DNA of 63,769 bases, filler included, from Octopus bimaculoides (taxonomy: Eukaryota): the NCBI RefSeq assembly GCF_001194135.2. It is 5 parts of 5 records of this genome, joined end to end, with 100 filler letters (N's around TTAATTAATTAA, not from the genome) between each part and the next. Parts side by side here need not be neighbours in the genome. Positions count along the whole stretch, not along the records: positions 1 to 20,449 come from NC_069000.1; 4 more parts are not named here. One strand, given 5' to 3'. Shown piece after piece: positions 1 through 14,392 of the stretch; positions within the stretch are counted from its first letter, which is position 1, and the number at the start of each line of letters is the position of its first letter. Both the position numbers and the translations under genes were made by a program. The notes beneath the pieces are model-generated. The model worked only from the letters and a program-made list of their open reading frames with translations. It ran no database searches and was not told where the DNA came from.

Positions 1-364
1 AAATGTGGGGGGTGGGGCAGAGGCAACAGAGGGGAGAATTTAAGAAGATGTGAAAGAGGAAAGAGACAGGGATGTGGAATAGGTGAGAAAGGAGTGAAAG
101 AGAGAGAGGTGTGCAGAGCGAGAGAGAGAGGGGGAGGAATAGGAGGGAGGGTGTTATAGGTGTGTGAGAGAGGAAGGCGTGAGGAGGAGAGGTAGAGATG
201 TGAAAAAAAAGGTGAAAGAAACAGAAGAGAGAGAGAGAAAAGGAGACAGAAGTGTGGGAGTTGGGAGGGTCAAATGTGTGGGGAAAAAGGGAGCAAACAA
301 AAAAAGAGATGAGTGAAAAGTTAAAGAGGGAAGACAGAGGCGAGATGGGCACGTGAGAGAGAGA

Positions 365-398
<34 letters not shown>

Positions 399-587
399 CA
401 GAGATACAGACAGAGGGAGAGAGATAGAGAGAGAGAGACAGACAGAGAGAGGGAGAGAGTATGCATGTGATAGATAGTGCATATATGCACGAGATCGTGT
501 GTGTTGCATGTGCAAGATGGTGTGCATGTGTTTGGCAAGATAGTATGTGTATGTCAGATAGTGCATATGCACGTGCGAGATAGAGTG

Positions 588-632
<45 letters not shown>

Positions 633-660
633 CAGTGTGTATATGTGACGGAGGGAGAAG
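1..660. repeat. GA-rich low-complexity tract with (GA)n and (GT)n microsatellites
   Basis: Purine-rich simple sequence seen directly; the overlapping ORFs translate to SLSL/HTHT runs. Confidence 0.9.
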
Positions 661-1560
661 AGAAGAGAGTGATGGATGACTATAGATTTAAGAGGCAAGA
701 AATTGAAATTACTGTTATTCTGTTACATAATTCATGGACACTCTATCCAGACCCCCTCCCCACCCCCACACAGCCATCTCTGCCTACCATAGTCTTCGGC
801 ATGATTTTTCTTTTCTTTTTTTTTTTTAAAGGGATGTTGGTGAAAGTAGGCCACTATTTCAATCCTTGCTACCACCACCACCAACAATTAACTCGACCAC
901 CTTTGCTATGGTGTCTCCCTTACAATTCCCCTTCTATATAAGACACACACACACACACACACGTTTAGAGCCCTTCATCACTCTTTACTCAAAAGGCAGG
1001 TAGGTTAATGACATAATATGGTTGCAAGCAGTCAAAAAAAAAAAAAATTTTTCTTCAGTTCAGTAGATGAAGAATGGTCATTGCATTGGCTATAGAATAT
1101 AGTAGAAGTAGTAGTAGTAGTAGCAGCAGCAGTAGTAGTAGTAGTAGCAGCAGTAGTAGTAGTAGTAGTAGCAGTAGCAGCAGCGATAGTTACTGTTAAC
1201 CCTGATTGAGCAGGTTTATATTCGAAGATGCTCTAGCTGAGATCATGAAGTCATTTCCTTACTACCTTGACTATTTGTAAGACAACAGGGCATGATTTTA
1301 GGGAGGTTTGGCTGCTATTTCTAGTAGGTGGTTGAGAGACAGCATAGAAGGCACTTTTATTAGCTTGTTGTTGTTGTTGTTTAGCCCAAGGACAATGCTG
1401 AATGAGTAGACAAACCAATCCATATCAATGATCATCCTGTCTTTTTGTTGTTAGCTGATGAACAGGAAATTCAAGAAATCCTTATTATCGAGTGCCATTT
1501 TCTAAGAAGGTAGGATGTAATTTGAGGGATGTTTGACTGCTATTCCAAACAGGTCAAGCA

Positions 1561-2140
1561 ATCACATCTGGATATGTCTGTACACAACTGAATACATCTA
1601 AACATCTGGATTTATCTGTACACATTTGGATATATCTGTGTACATCTGGATATTTCAGTGAATATCTGGATGTATTTGTACATCTGGATATATCTGTAAG
1701 CATCTAGATATGTCTGTACACAACTGAATACNNNNNNNNNNNNNNNNNNNNNNNNNNNNNNNNNNNNNNNNNNNNNNNNNNNNNNNNNNNNNNNNNNNNN
1801 NNNNNNNNNNNNNNNNNNNNNNNNNNNNNNNNNNNNNNNNNNNNNNNNNNNNNNNNNNNNNNNNNNNNNNNNNNNNNNNNNNNNNNNNNNNNNNNNNNNN
1901 NNNNNNNNNNNNNNNNNNNNNNNNNNNNNNNNNNNNNNNNNNNNNNNNNNNNNNNNNNNNNNNNNNNNNNNNNNNNNNNNNNNNNNNNNNNNNNNNNNNN
2001 NCTGAATACATCTAAACATCTGGATTTATCTGTACACATTTGGATATTTCAGTGAATATCTGGATGTATCTGTACATCTGGATATGTCCTTACACATCTG
2101 GATATATCTGTAAGCATCTGGATATGTCTGTACACAACTG
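1561..2140. repeat. Minisatellite of ~18-20-bp ACATCTGGATAT(G/A)TCTGT units, interrupted by an N gap
   Basis: Repeated acatctggata..tctgtac subunits; the block ctgaatacatctaaacatctggatttatctgtacacatttggatat occurs on both sides of the gap. Confidence 0.85.
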
Positions 2141-2940
2141 AAAATGCATTTTCCTATATTTGCAAGATTTGCAATAACAACAACTCACTAACTACAAATA
2201 TTATATATTCACTCCACGTTGCTATAGAATTGCCAAACTTACAACTCTCCAGCTGTCCTCCCATACCCCTATCCTTCTCTGCAAGAAAACTCCAACTACA
2301 TAAACGCAAATACCATTTTATAATTTTAACAATATTTCTCTGCAAAATTATTTTAGTTTGAAGAAATTGAGTAATAGAATATATTCTTACTAGTTATAAA
2401 ATTTTGACATTTCCAAATTTTTCCTTGGGCTTGGCCTATTTATTCTGCACTTTCATTCCACCTGCATGGAAAAATGTCAAAACTTATGTAGAAAATATCA
2501 CATGCAATAATTTTTAATTTAATATTTGTTTTTCTCTTTTAATTTTAATGTTTTACTGCAGAGTAGCTAAAAGCTAATACTTTTCTGAAAACACAAGGAT
2601 TTAGAAGATTGGTTCTTATCTCTATTTTCTGAAATGTAAAGTGAAAGAAAAACAGAAATCTTCCCGCCCAAGATTAAACCTTCTGAAACCGATCCACACC
2701 TACTCAAGATCGCTTTTGATTCTTTAATACCACCCACTTTAAAATGTTCAAGTTCAAATTAAAATCTTCCGTCAAAATTTTAAGTAAGAGTGCTTTGTTA
2801 ACTCTTTCATCACACCATAGCTTCTCTCGAAATATACTCGTCTACACATTTTAATTAATAGTGAAAATAACCAAGAACTTGGACGGATTTAGAAAAGTGT
2901 CTCACTTTGCTATAATTAGTCTGGTGTCTCGAGCAAAACT

Positions 2941-3167
2941 TTAACCCTTTGCTTACCATATTTCTTCTGAAAAATACTGCTTTTGTTTCAGTTAGCTTTG
3001 AAAAATGGAGAATTTAGTAAAATAGTTTTGTCATTATTAAACTGATATTTGGAACATAAATTAACCTGAAATTTGTTAGAAGGTTTCAATTTGTATAATT
3101 TTACAACAGGAAATTCCTGTCATAGAACCAAAGGTGGTCTCAGGTGGGTTGGTATCAACAGAGTTAA
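2941..3167. mobile_element. piggyBac-like MITE
   Basis: TTAA at both ends (2941-2944, 3164-3167) with imperfect TIRs ccctttgcttacca / tggtatcaacagag; 227 bp, non-coding. Confidence 0.55.
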
Positions 3168-3432
3168 ATGATGGGCTAATGCAGGTGTCTTTATTCTAAT
3201 AGAGAAACTGAATGTTGCATATTTAGCAGCCAAATCTTCCTCGAATCATACACTGTCATACAATAAGGGAAGAACACACAGTTAATGTAATCCAACATCC
3301 TCCACCGTCAACAGAAAAAGGTGGGTTGAACATTTTGATCAACACGTTTGCTTAAACCAGGGTGACATAGAGCTGAACAGCTAAACAGTAACACCATTTA
3401 CCAAAAAAGCCATACGAAATGAAATTAAGCTG

Positions 3433-3473
<41 letters not shown>

Positions 3474-3803
3474 GGGACAAGAAGATGATTAGCAAAGTTG
3501 CTGGTCATCAGGGTGGTTTGAAACCGCGATCCTCTGGCCACGAGTCCACTGCCCTAACCACTGGACCATTGCGCCTCCACATATGTATGTATACATATAC
3601 ATGTATACACAAATATTATATANNNNNNNNNNNNNNNNNNNNNNNNNNNNNNNNNNNNNNNNNNNNNNNNNNNNNNNNNNNNNNNNNNNNNNNNNNNNNN
3701 NNNNNNNNNNNNNNNNNNNNNNNNNNNNNNNNNNNNNNNNNNNNNNNNNNNNNNNNNNNNNNNNNNNNNNNNNNNNNNNNNNNNNNNNNNNNNNNNNNNN
3801 NNN

Positions 3804-3844
<41 letters not shown>

Positions 3845-4443
3845 TATATATACATTCATATATATGTATATACACACACACATACATATGCATGTGTGTG
3901 TGTGTGTGTGGGTAAGTGTGTATGCTGTTGTCTAGACATCACATGATCAGCATCATTGTCATGCAGGTGAGGTAGTTCATTTCCAGTCTTCCATGAAAAA
4001 CCAAGTCAGGTCATGGGAAATATTACCTTTTCTTGGAAAACAGGTGAGGATTGGTAACACAGCAAGGGCATCTGGCTGTAGAAAATGACACTCAACAAAT
4101 TGCCTCTGACCCATGCAGGCATGAAAAAAGTAGATGTGAAATGAAGATTTCACCAGCACATGCACAGTAATCTGAAGGCAGTGATGAAGTAATGCTGGAT
4201 AATTTGGTGGAAACACAGATATACATGTAAAAGAGTCTGTAAGTGTATTCTAGGAAGAGGAATTTATATTGAATTGCCCAGATTTGATAAACAGCACTTC
4301 TCTCCAACACATACACACATATAACGCAAAAACACTATTTGCCAAAAACTGACCTAAGGAAATGTAATTATGACTTTAGTAAACTCAGGATGAAGCTTGT
4401 AGCCATCAACGATTTCCAAGTTGTTATTTATTGATTTATACGT

Positions 4444-4481
<38 letters not shown>

Positions 4482-4513
4482 ATGGTGATGTAACCACAAA
4501 GCACCAATATATG

Positions 4514-4553
<40 letters not shown>

Positions 4554-4558
4554 AGAGA

Positions 4559-4596
<38 letters not shown>

Positions 4597-4756
4597 ATAT
4601 ATAAATATATATGTGTGTGTGTGTGTGAGTGGGTATATATAAATATATATAAACATAAATATATATATATATTTGTAATATACATGTGTGTATATGTATA
4701 TATATATTGGTAATATACATGTGTATATATGTATATATATTGGTAATATACATGTG

Positions 4757-4793
<37 letters not shown>

Positions 4794-5459
4794 TGTGTGT
4801 GTACGTATGTGTATAGAAATATATATATGTAATATACGTATATAAAAAAAATTATATATCTATGTATATGCAACATACATACAGTGTATATAAAGATAGA
4901 TACATATACAAACATACATATGTATGTTTGTACATGCATTTATTATTTGTGTGTAAACACACACACACACACACACAAACATATTTATATATCTGTGTTT
5001 GAAGTGTTGAGACAGCATGTTTGCAGATAGCTTTATAAATAAATTTCCCCGTCTACAGTAAACAGACTCGTAGGTTAAATCAGTGAAGCTAAAGCATATT
5101 TTTATTAAATAAAAACATGTATATATTTCCTTCTAAACTTTGTCATCGTTTTATGTGTTTACCTCGGTCAGGTCATCATAATACACATCACTCAGCACTA
5201 CAGAAAGTCATCCAAATTCTGTGTTGTGTATGTCTCAGATATATTTTCCCAAGCCCCCGGCACAAGATATGCTGTTCTATAAGAGAAGGGCTGAAGTGTT
5301 TCCTCTAACTTTTATGAGTTCTAACATGGAATTACAGAAATCTAAGAGAGGTGAGCTGCAATGCAGATTGCAGGCTCCACCTCTCTCCAGTGGTACATAC
5401 ACACATACTCAAACATATTTGTGTTAGAATGTGTACAAATGTTCTAAGTTATCCATATA

Positions 5460-5670
5460 TGGTTGGCCATGGGGGTCAGTCTTCCAGGTTCTCTGGCATA
5501 TGTATTCCTTCCTGGACCAAATGCTGGTGTGTTGCAGGATTACTCATTTTTACCAGATGAGGGGACTGGAGCAAAAGGAAATGAAGTGTTTTGCTCAAGG
5601 ACACGATACATTGCCCAGTCCCAGAATTGAAACCACAATCTTAGGATTACAAGTTCAGCACCCTAACTAC
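5460..5670 (-). mobile_element. tRNA-derived SINE (octopus-type, family C here)
   Basis: Reverse complement of the tRNA-like head and gagcaaaacacttcatttc core also seen at 51020-51250 and 55680-55900. Confidence 0.65.
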
Positions 5671-6094
5671 ACATAAACATACAGAAATGTGTGTGTATAA
5701 ACATGTTTGTCTATGTATATAGGTGTGTGTGTGTACGTGTGTGATGTATGTATTAATTTTTGCCATTTTGCCTTCAAATACTTAAAGTTATATTCTTGGA
5801 AGCAGTCTTCAGACAGAGGTGCTTCGTAGAAATAATTTCAGTGCAGATGGATGGTGTGAAGCTAGGACAGAAGAATACAGTCTTCCAGTTGGTTCCTAAA
5901 AATACATTGAGTGTGCTACCAAAATTAGCAAAGTAAAATTCATTCATACAAGAGTGTCTACTTAACTGAGATTTCTAATGCAGTATTTTCCCTCATTAAA
6001 GAGGTTACAAAAGAGTTTTGAGGTGGATGTACTTATGACTGAGTGCTAAAAAAATAGGGTTAAATGCTAAAATGAATGCTTTAAAATTAGGGTG

Positions 6095-6400
6095 ACACTC
6101 CTTTACTCTGTACATCGGTTACGAAGATGAGTGTTCCATTTGATCTGATCAACAGAGCAGCCTGTTCGTCAAATTAACATGCAAGTAGCTAGGCACTCCA
6201 CAGACACACATACCCTTAACATAGTTCTAATGGAGATTTGACATGACACAGAAAGCGACAAGGCTGGCACTTTGAATTACAGATACAACTCATTTGTACT
6301 AGCTGAGTGGATTGAAGCAACATGCAATAAAGTGTCTTGCCCAAGGACGCACCACACAACCAGGAACCTCAACCTCAACCTCACAATCATGAGCCAAATT
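6095..6400 (-). mobile_element. tRNA-derived SINE, decayed
   Basis: Shares agctgagtgga...gcaa...aagtg.cttgc.caagga with the family C copies, plus a longer internal domain. Confidence 0.55.
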
Positions 6401-7289
6401 CAGCTTGTTAAAGCTGTGGTATTTCACTTATATATATATATTTAAAAGCAGATTTATGATTTGATTAACCACTTTTGAAAGGTCTTTCACACATGCTGAT
6501 GTAAGATTTTGTATATGTAAGATAATGAAGAGAGCCTATTTGATTGGTAAATTAACACTTTTGCATCACACATCTAGTCCATTATGTTCTCAAGGTTTGT
6601 ACATGAACATACTATGAGGGCTACCATAAATTTCATGCTCAGCACTCATTTACACATATATATATATGTGTGTGCAAACACACACACACACACACACATA
6701 CGACAGGTTTTCACAGTTTCCATCAACCAAGTTCACACTCACACAGTATTAGCTGGCCTGGTGGGGGGGTCGTAGTAGAAATCAATTGTCTGAAATGTTG
6801 TGCGGTAGGATTGAACCTGAAACCATGAGATTGCAAAGAGAGCTTCTTAACTGCACACTCAAGTCCACACCCTTAGATTATTATATCATTATATATTTTT
6901 TTTCTGATCAAAACGAAACCAGAAAATTACAGAGATCGCTAATGTTTTAAAACCTAAATTGGTTTATATTTTAACAAACCATTTAAATAAGACATCTGGA
7001 GATAAGATCAGGTAATAGAGATAGATTAAACAAAAAGCACAGTGTCCATTTATAAACACCACAGTGTGGCTGCTTACTCTTTCATTACACTATCATATTA
7101 TTTACTATTAACCATTTAATTTTAAACTTTAGATTCTCATCTGTTGCCAGTTTTTTGATCTGACCAAATGTCTCACATTATTAAAAACCTATGTAAGCCT
7201 GCAATTTACATAGAAACAATTCTGTTGAGCTGAAAAGCAGTAATGCAAAAAACTTGTACTAATGTTATCTTTTTATCTTTTACTTATTA

Positions 7290-7490
7290 CACTCATCGGA
7301 CTGCAGCCATGCTGGAGCACTGCCTTGGAGGGTTTTAGCCAAACAAATCAACCCTGGTACTTATATTTTAAGCCTGGTGCTTATTCTATCAGACTCTTTC
7401 ACCAAAACTGCTAACTTAATGGTGATGAAAACAAACCAACACTCGGTGTCAAGTGGTGGTAGGAGGTAGAATAAACACAATACACACAAA
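7290..7490. mobile_element. SINE (family D here)
   Basis: ctgcagccatgctggagcac...acttattctatc...aaccgc motifs repeated at 36960-37170 and, inverted, at 52190-52350. Confidence 0.65.
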
Positions 7491-7819
7491 TGCATGTATG
7501 TGTGTGAACATGAGTGCATGTATGTGTATGTGTTTGTTATAAACGGCCGAGAAATAGTATGATGAATATTTATTAAACTATAACAAAATTCAAATATCAT
7601 GACAAATTGTTTTATAACTTAAAGCATGTAAAGGTAATTCATATTTATTATATTTAATCATAAATAAATTACTTATATGTCTGCATTAATGCAAAATGAA
7701 AATGATCTTCTGAAACAATGCAGAAATTAAGCTAAGTCCTCAGGTAAGAGAAAATCTTTGTTAAATAATATTTAACGAAGATTTTCTTTCACTTGAGGAT
7801 GTAGCTTAATTTCTAGTAG

Positions 7820-8135
7820 AGCAAGTCTGATTTGGCATAGTTTCTACAGTTAGATGCCCTTTCTAATGCCAACGACCTTACAAAGCATGCTGGGTGCTTT
7901 TACGTGACACCACATGGGCGTCTTTATGTGGCACCGGCACAAGTGCTTTTTACATGACACTGCCACAGGACTCTTGCAGGCCAGTCCTCTCCACCAGGGG
8001 GACTGGCCTCAACACTTATGCTTTGGAGCACGGGTCTTCTTGACTACGGCAGGGCGCCAGACATCTCAGTCCTTTGTCATCTCGTCTGAAAGGTTCAGCA
8101 TCCTGAGGTTGTTCCTCAGTGCTTCATCCCTATCA
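7820..8135 (-). mobile_element. RTE-X-like LINE 3' end
   Basis: Minus strand reads DEALRNNLRMLNLSDEMTKD*DVWRPAVVKKTR, resembling the RTE C-terminal W...D....L...M..DR..WR motif, followed by a 3'UTR. Confidence 0.55.
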
Positions 8136-8419
8136 TCAATGTCTAAATAAGTACCAGTTGAGCACTGGTGTTGATGTAATCAACTCCACTACTCCTGGGT
8201 ATAAGTGTAAAAAAGCTGCATCCTCTCTAACAAGCCATATTGAGCCAGTGTGACAGGGATGGCTCATAAATCAGTATGATCTCAAGCTCAAATTCATGGA
8301 AGGGAGGGAGGGAGGGAGGAGAGAAGGAAATTTACATGTCAGCAATTTTTATTTTTAGTTTTATTCTTATTTATGTTAGTTAAACATTAAACACTGGTGC
8401 ACCAATGTTCCACTAGTTC

Positions 8420-9085
8420 AGTTGTTGTTGTTGGTGATGATGATGGTGACAATGACGATGATGTATTGGTACTAGCTGTGGCCAAGATAGAGTTAGGTTT
8501 TTCTTTACATAACTCGGAACCGAGCTTTCTCTTTGATTGGTGATAACGATGTACAGAAGTCTTTGCCGATGGCAACGGTGATGATGATACAGAAGACAAT
8601 GATGAAAACAACAGTGGCAGTGAAAATGCAGGCAACAACAACAACAACAATGACAATGAAGCCGATGATGTTAATAGATGCCCTTGTTGTAATTTAGGTC
8701 AAGGTATTCCCAGATTCGCATTTGGTAAACAGAACTAGTATACTCTGATGATGATGATGTACCGGACATTTTCCTCATGGCAATGATGAAAACAATGGTG
8801 ATGATGAAAAAAGATAACAAATTGATAATGATAACAATAGTGATGATGGAGGAGATGAGGATGATAACGGGGATGAAGATAATTATAACTTTAACAGTAA
8901 TAGTAATGATAAAGTAGATAATAAAGATAACGATGACGACAATAACGATTTTATGATAATGATAACAATGGTGATGATAAAGCAGGTGATGAAAGCAACG
9001 ATGGTGATGATGATGATGATGATAATGATAATAATTTGATGATATTGATAACAGTGGTGATGAAAATGATGTCGATGATGATGAA
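8420..9085. repeat. (GAT/AAC/GGT)-rich degenerate trinucleotide tract
   Basis: Seen directly. Confidence 0.85.
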
Positions 9086-9682
9086 ATGTTATTCTGGCAT
9101 AAGTTCTTTCTTAGTATTAATTAAGTTCATTAAGTGAAAATGACCAGGCCTTTTCTAAATTGATGCCAGTCATGTGTGCAGTTAAATTGTCCATCATAAT
9201 AGGATAATTATTTTGATGGCTAAAAATCACGGAAGACACCTTAAAAAAAAAACAAAACAAAAAAAACTTCATGCTAAAACAGTTCTGTGCAGCACCTTTA
9301 GCTAAGTAAACTGTATTACATAAAGAGAAATACAAGAATATGCACATATATATATACACACACACACACATGCATAGAGCTGGTACAGATTGAGATCACA
9401 ATTTTTAATGAGGAAAATATTCCAGAAAGTATGTTAAATAAGCAAATCCTAAAAATCTTGGGAATTTCAATATTTTAAGACAAACGCTCATGCTCAGTTT
9501 TATCTCAAATGTTTGTACAGGAGTTCGCATCAATTATGTATGCCAAACTCAGTAAATATTTATTCAAAATTGATTAGCATGTGCTCTTAAGATGAATTGA
9601 CAAACACACAAACAGAGAGAAAAAAAAATGAAAGAAAGGAAATAGGATGCTGGTAACATAAAAACATATTAATAACAAGCAA

Positions 9683-9720
<38 letters not shown>

Positions 9721-10882
9721 AAAAAAAAAGTCACAGAGATTTTTGATGAGTTCAAAGAGGTTTTAATGAATTATAAATACCACATCATGAAAGATTGTTT
9801 CAAAATGGAACTTCTAATTCAAATGTGTTATCCCCCCCCCCAACCTTCTATACATACTTGAAAGGCTTTTAGATATTATAGGAATGAATGAGAGGCTATG
9901 AAATGTTCATGTTTTTCATTGAGGAGGGTTTAGTATTGCATCACTATGTTCAGAGTTCAGATCCTGCAGGGATCAACTTTGACATGCACACTATACACAC
10001 ACACATATATATATATAGTCCTACTTAAACGTTCTGTTAGAACAAACTTTACTGTGGTATTTACTGTGAGAGAAAATTTCATACAGGCTTTTGGTGCAGA
10101 ATGCACACTTGTTTGTTCATTTTTGTTAGCGGGGAGATAACTCCCCACCAACTCCAGTGTCAAGACCACCATATCACATGATTTTGATCTTCTTTGATTT
10201 CATCGGTGATGGACACTCAATCACTAGAGATAGCAGCGACTCAATTTTTCTTAATTGATCAATAGACCAATTGAGAAAACCTGTCAGTAACATACCAACA
10301 ATGTCTACTGGCAACAGCTGTAGGTCAAATTTGTTGTAACAAAGGGAAAATAATGACCATTATTCATACCTTGCTTTTTATATATATATATATATATACA
10401 CCCACACACACGAGAGAGGGAGAGAGAAAGAGAGAAACAGACTGACAGACACACACACACACTTAAAACCAGTTTGAATATATTTTAACTTAAAAGGGCA
10501 TTTCATTGCAGTTTGTCATGGAGAAAAAATTCTTGTTCAAGATAAAAAGGTGTTAAACCACACAGCCAGCTCAGGATGCCCTCTACTAGACCCATGGGTG
10601 CATTTCAAACTCATTTGTTTGTTCTCCTTAGCACCAGATACTAAGACAGGTAACTCCTAATCCGATTAGGAAGCAAAAGCTTCCTTTATGGTAAATCAGT
10701 AAATATTAAATTGTTTTAACGACTTCTCATGTTAAGCAAAAATTTTTGCAGTAATTTGTCATTAGTAGTGTACCAGATGATGATGAATGTGTCACTATGA
10801 GCCAAAAACTATGTGGTTGCAAATCCAGCTTCTTAACAATGCAGTCACACCCACATGACTGTGTGATTATTACATTATTATA

Positions 10883-11110
10883 AGGCGGCGAGCTGACAGA
10901 AACGTTAGCACACCGGGCGAAATGCTTAGCGGTATTTCGTCTGCTGTTACGTTCTGAGTTCAAATTCCGCCGAGGTCGACTTTGCCTTTCATCCTTTCAG
11001 GGTCGATAAATTAAGTACCAGTGACGAACTGGGGTCGATGTAATCGACTTAATCCCTTTGTCTGTCCTTGTTTGTCCCCTCTATGTTTAGCCCCATGTGG
11101 GCAATAAAGA
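10883..11110 (+). mobile_element. tRNA-derived SINE (family A here), near full length
   Basis: aggcggcgagctg head, gttctgagttcaaattccgccgagg B-box-like motif and ggggtcgatgtaatcgact core; at least 8 homologous copies in the window. Confidence 0.85.
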
Positions 11111-11651
11111 ATTAAATAATTATTACATTATTATTTTTTAACTATTTCATTTTCCTCATGTTGTTGAAGCAACTGGAAAATGGGTTTTCCAGGGAAGCAG
11201 AAAAAAACTCTGATCTTTCATAATCTTTGAACATGTGACCTTACTGTTACTGTCAGAATGGAATAATGTGATTTTACAAATTACCAAAGACATGAGGTTT
11301 CGTGTATGAAAAGTTTGTGTAAAGTTTCGTAGGCAAACAGTTTTAAGAAGACTACATGGCGTAAATAGATTAGAAAGGATTAAGACAGAGATAAGAATTT
11401 AGGTGGGAGATTAAAACTTTGTTCACATTGCTGCTTTGTAGTACACTGGAATGAATTTCAGTTGATTCCATAAACATTGTATTAAGAATTTTTTTGAAGA
11501 ACTATGTTATAAATTTATACCAAAGAAGTTGTTAAATGCCTCTGGGTCAACACTCTTATGAAACAAATACTAATTAAGTAGGTCAGAAATGGATAAATAT
11601 CATGCCACCATAAAATATTAGTGGAAGGTTTTAATTCAAAACTTATGAAAA

Positions 11652-11798
11652 CTTTTCTACTCTAGGCACAAGGTCCAAAATTTTGAGGGGGGGGGGCAGT
11701 CGATTAGATCAATCCTAGTACACAACTGGTACTTAATTTACCGACCCTGAAAGGATGAAAGGCAAAGTCGACCTTGGCGGAATTTGAACTCAGAACGT
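11652..11798 (-). mobile_element. 5'-truncated family A SINE with 15-bp TSD
   Basis: caaaacttatgaaaa at 11637-11651 and 11799-11813 flanks the reverse-complement SINE body. Confidence 0.85.
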
Positions 11799-13315
11799 CA
11801 AAACTTATGAAAAAAGACATTTGTACTACAGAGCCAGACTCTTATTTTCTTTCTTTTTTTTAAAAATCATTTGTTATTTTCAAAATTAAATTGAAAGCTA
11901 AACAATATTGTTTAGAAAGAAACAAAGTAACAAAAGGTTTAAAAGGCTCCATACCAAAGTGACTGCAAGAAGCAGCATCCACTGTATTTGATAAATACAG
12001 TAGTGCAACACTCCACTGCTAGTTCTTGTGAGAAACGCAACACTGCTGGATTTGACATGTGCAAGCGGGAAGCAATCATCCTCTGTAAAATTCCTTTGCA
12101 TACCAACCGTGCACTGCTATTCAATCAAAAGTTTATTGAAATCAAAGTGTCATCCTTCATCTCTTTCCCTTCAGTGTATTCACCTGTCCCTCTGACATGA
12201 CACAGCATTCTAACAGATATTGTATTTTATCTCTTTCTTCTCTCCCTCTTCCCCCTCTCTCTCTCCCTCTGCCCCCCCTCTCTCATACATACACAAGGCA
12301 CTGTTATAGTTAAGGTTACCATTATCCAGTCATAAAATTGTTTTTCATTTTAACCCAGTTCCCAGTGAGAAAAATCCTTACATATAGCAACCTTTTACTC
12401 TAAGTAATCACAATGCCCACTAGGGAAATACAGGGATTGCTGTGGTGATTGAAAAAAAAAAAGAGGAAAAAGCAACTTCTTTGGAAACAAATGTTATGGA
12501 GGTAAAGCCCTTGTTTCTTTACACTTCTGCCTGCCAAACCCCTCCAACTACGTGACAGTGAAGAATTTGATGGCTAACAGAGCGGAGAACACAGAAAAGA
12601 ATCTGACCATTTTCTTCATGAAGTCTGAAAGTATTAAACCAGCAAATAACAAACAAGAAACACACTCATACACACATTTCATGAACTTTTGTATTTTTTG
12701 AATGATGAGCTAGGATAAGCCACAAATGGATTCAATCCATGAAGCACTATTGTTTGGCAAGCTATAGGCAAGAGACCATATCTTCACTTGTTTTTTTTTG
12801 TTTTTTTTAAATCTGAACAAGAAAGAAATACAGTTATCAGTCCAGCCATGAATGATAAACAAGTTATAGAAAAATTATCAGCCAACTGATAGATTTTTTT
12901 TCTTTTTCTTTTTTTAAACCTATGTTAATAAGAAAAGAGAAACAAATGTAATAAACAAACATGCTCATTTATCTATGTTTAAATATAATAAATTGATATT
13001 AAATACAGACATTTATATACGTGTGTGTGTACGGAAGCGTTTGCACACACATTACATATACACATACAAGAGATACATATGTTCACTCTCCAACATAGGA
13101 TATTGATGGTTTCTCATCTAATATCTCTAAAATATCTGGAGACATCAATTAACTTGTACAACAACTATAATGAGAAATACAGAATCAGATATGCACACAC
13201 ATATATATATATACACACAGCCAAACTGGGTGGGTGTATGAAAGAAGTGTGTGGTTTGCATGTGTGTGTATGTATGTATGTACATACATACATGTATGCA
13301 TGTATGGATATATAT

Positions 13316-13368
<53 letters not shown>

Positions 13369-14392
13369 GATATGACCTGCTGAGCAAGTCTAGCTCAAAC
13401 TGCCAAAGCAAATACAACAGGGGGCAGAGAAACAGCAGGGAAACAATGACAACAGTGAATACTGGATTTATGTGTTGTTTGTCTGCTTATACACATGCAT
13501 GCATACATGCGTGTTATGTGTGTGTGTGTGTGTGTTTGTGTGTAATGTATCTTTTCAAAAATTGACCCATTAAGGCTCTAATTACATAAAGCAGGAAAAT
13601 GGAAGTGGCTTCTGTAAAGCAATCATTACTTACAACACAGAAAAGGATCTTGAAATGTGTGTTTGTGTTTGTGTGTGTGTGTGTGTGTGAAACTGAATTA
13701 ATATGGCCACACCTAAAAACGTTAAGATACGTCAACTTAATCTTGAATAGTGTGTAAAGATAAGCATCATTAGTAGGTTAATGGAAATCAATTAGTCCAC
13801 TACTGACAGATCAAACAAACGCTGCAAACGTTATTGACCAAGAATTTTCTTACTTATTAAGCAATTGTTTAATGATTGGAGAAGACATCTATGAAGTAAA
13901 TCATGCAGAAAAATGTATCAGGCGTTTATATGAAGGGATATAAATTGTTTGTTTTAACACGTAGCTTATGGCCAAATAAAGTTGCAGCATCAAAAGACAA
14001 AAAACAAAAAAAAAATCAAAAGGAAAAAAAAAACACTGTGACAGCAAAAGTATATGCCTTTATTTATTTCAGTTTTGCCAAATGATAAATAAACACACAC
14101 TCCAAAACATATCGGTCATCCCGCCCACCCCACAAAAAAAAAAAAGTCCTAAAAAGAGAGAGAAATATCTAAGAAGTCAGTGCCCAAATAACCAAATAGT
14201 GCTGGAGAAATGTACTGAAACATATGTAATTCTTAAAAGAATGGGGAATTTTAGAGAATTATGTGGGAGCGTCAGAAATCGTAACTGTGCTTTTCTAAGT
14301 AAGAGAAGGGAAAGTACGGAAGTACTGAGTGCGATGAATTTTTGGTGTGAGATTTTATGGTAAAGATAGGCTGATAAGGGGCAATTGGTTAC

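Noticed and set aside
5163-5910. AG/GT-bounded minus-strand stretches at ~5163-5276 and ~5785-5897 as downstream FHA-gene exons
   Set aside because: The first has stops in all frames; the second is open but shows no similarity to the expected FHA C-terminus.
9117-10280. Short open stretches after good-looking minus-strand acceptors (VSSVIFSHQ..., FLNWSIDQ...)
   Set aside because: No homology or domain evidence; such stretches are common by chance.
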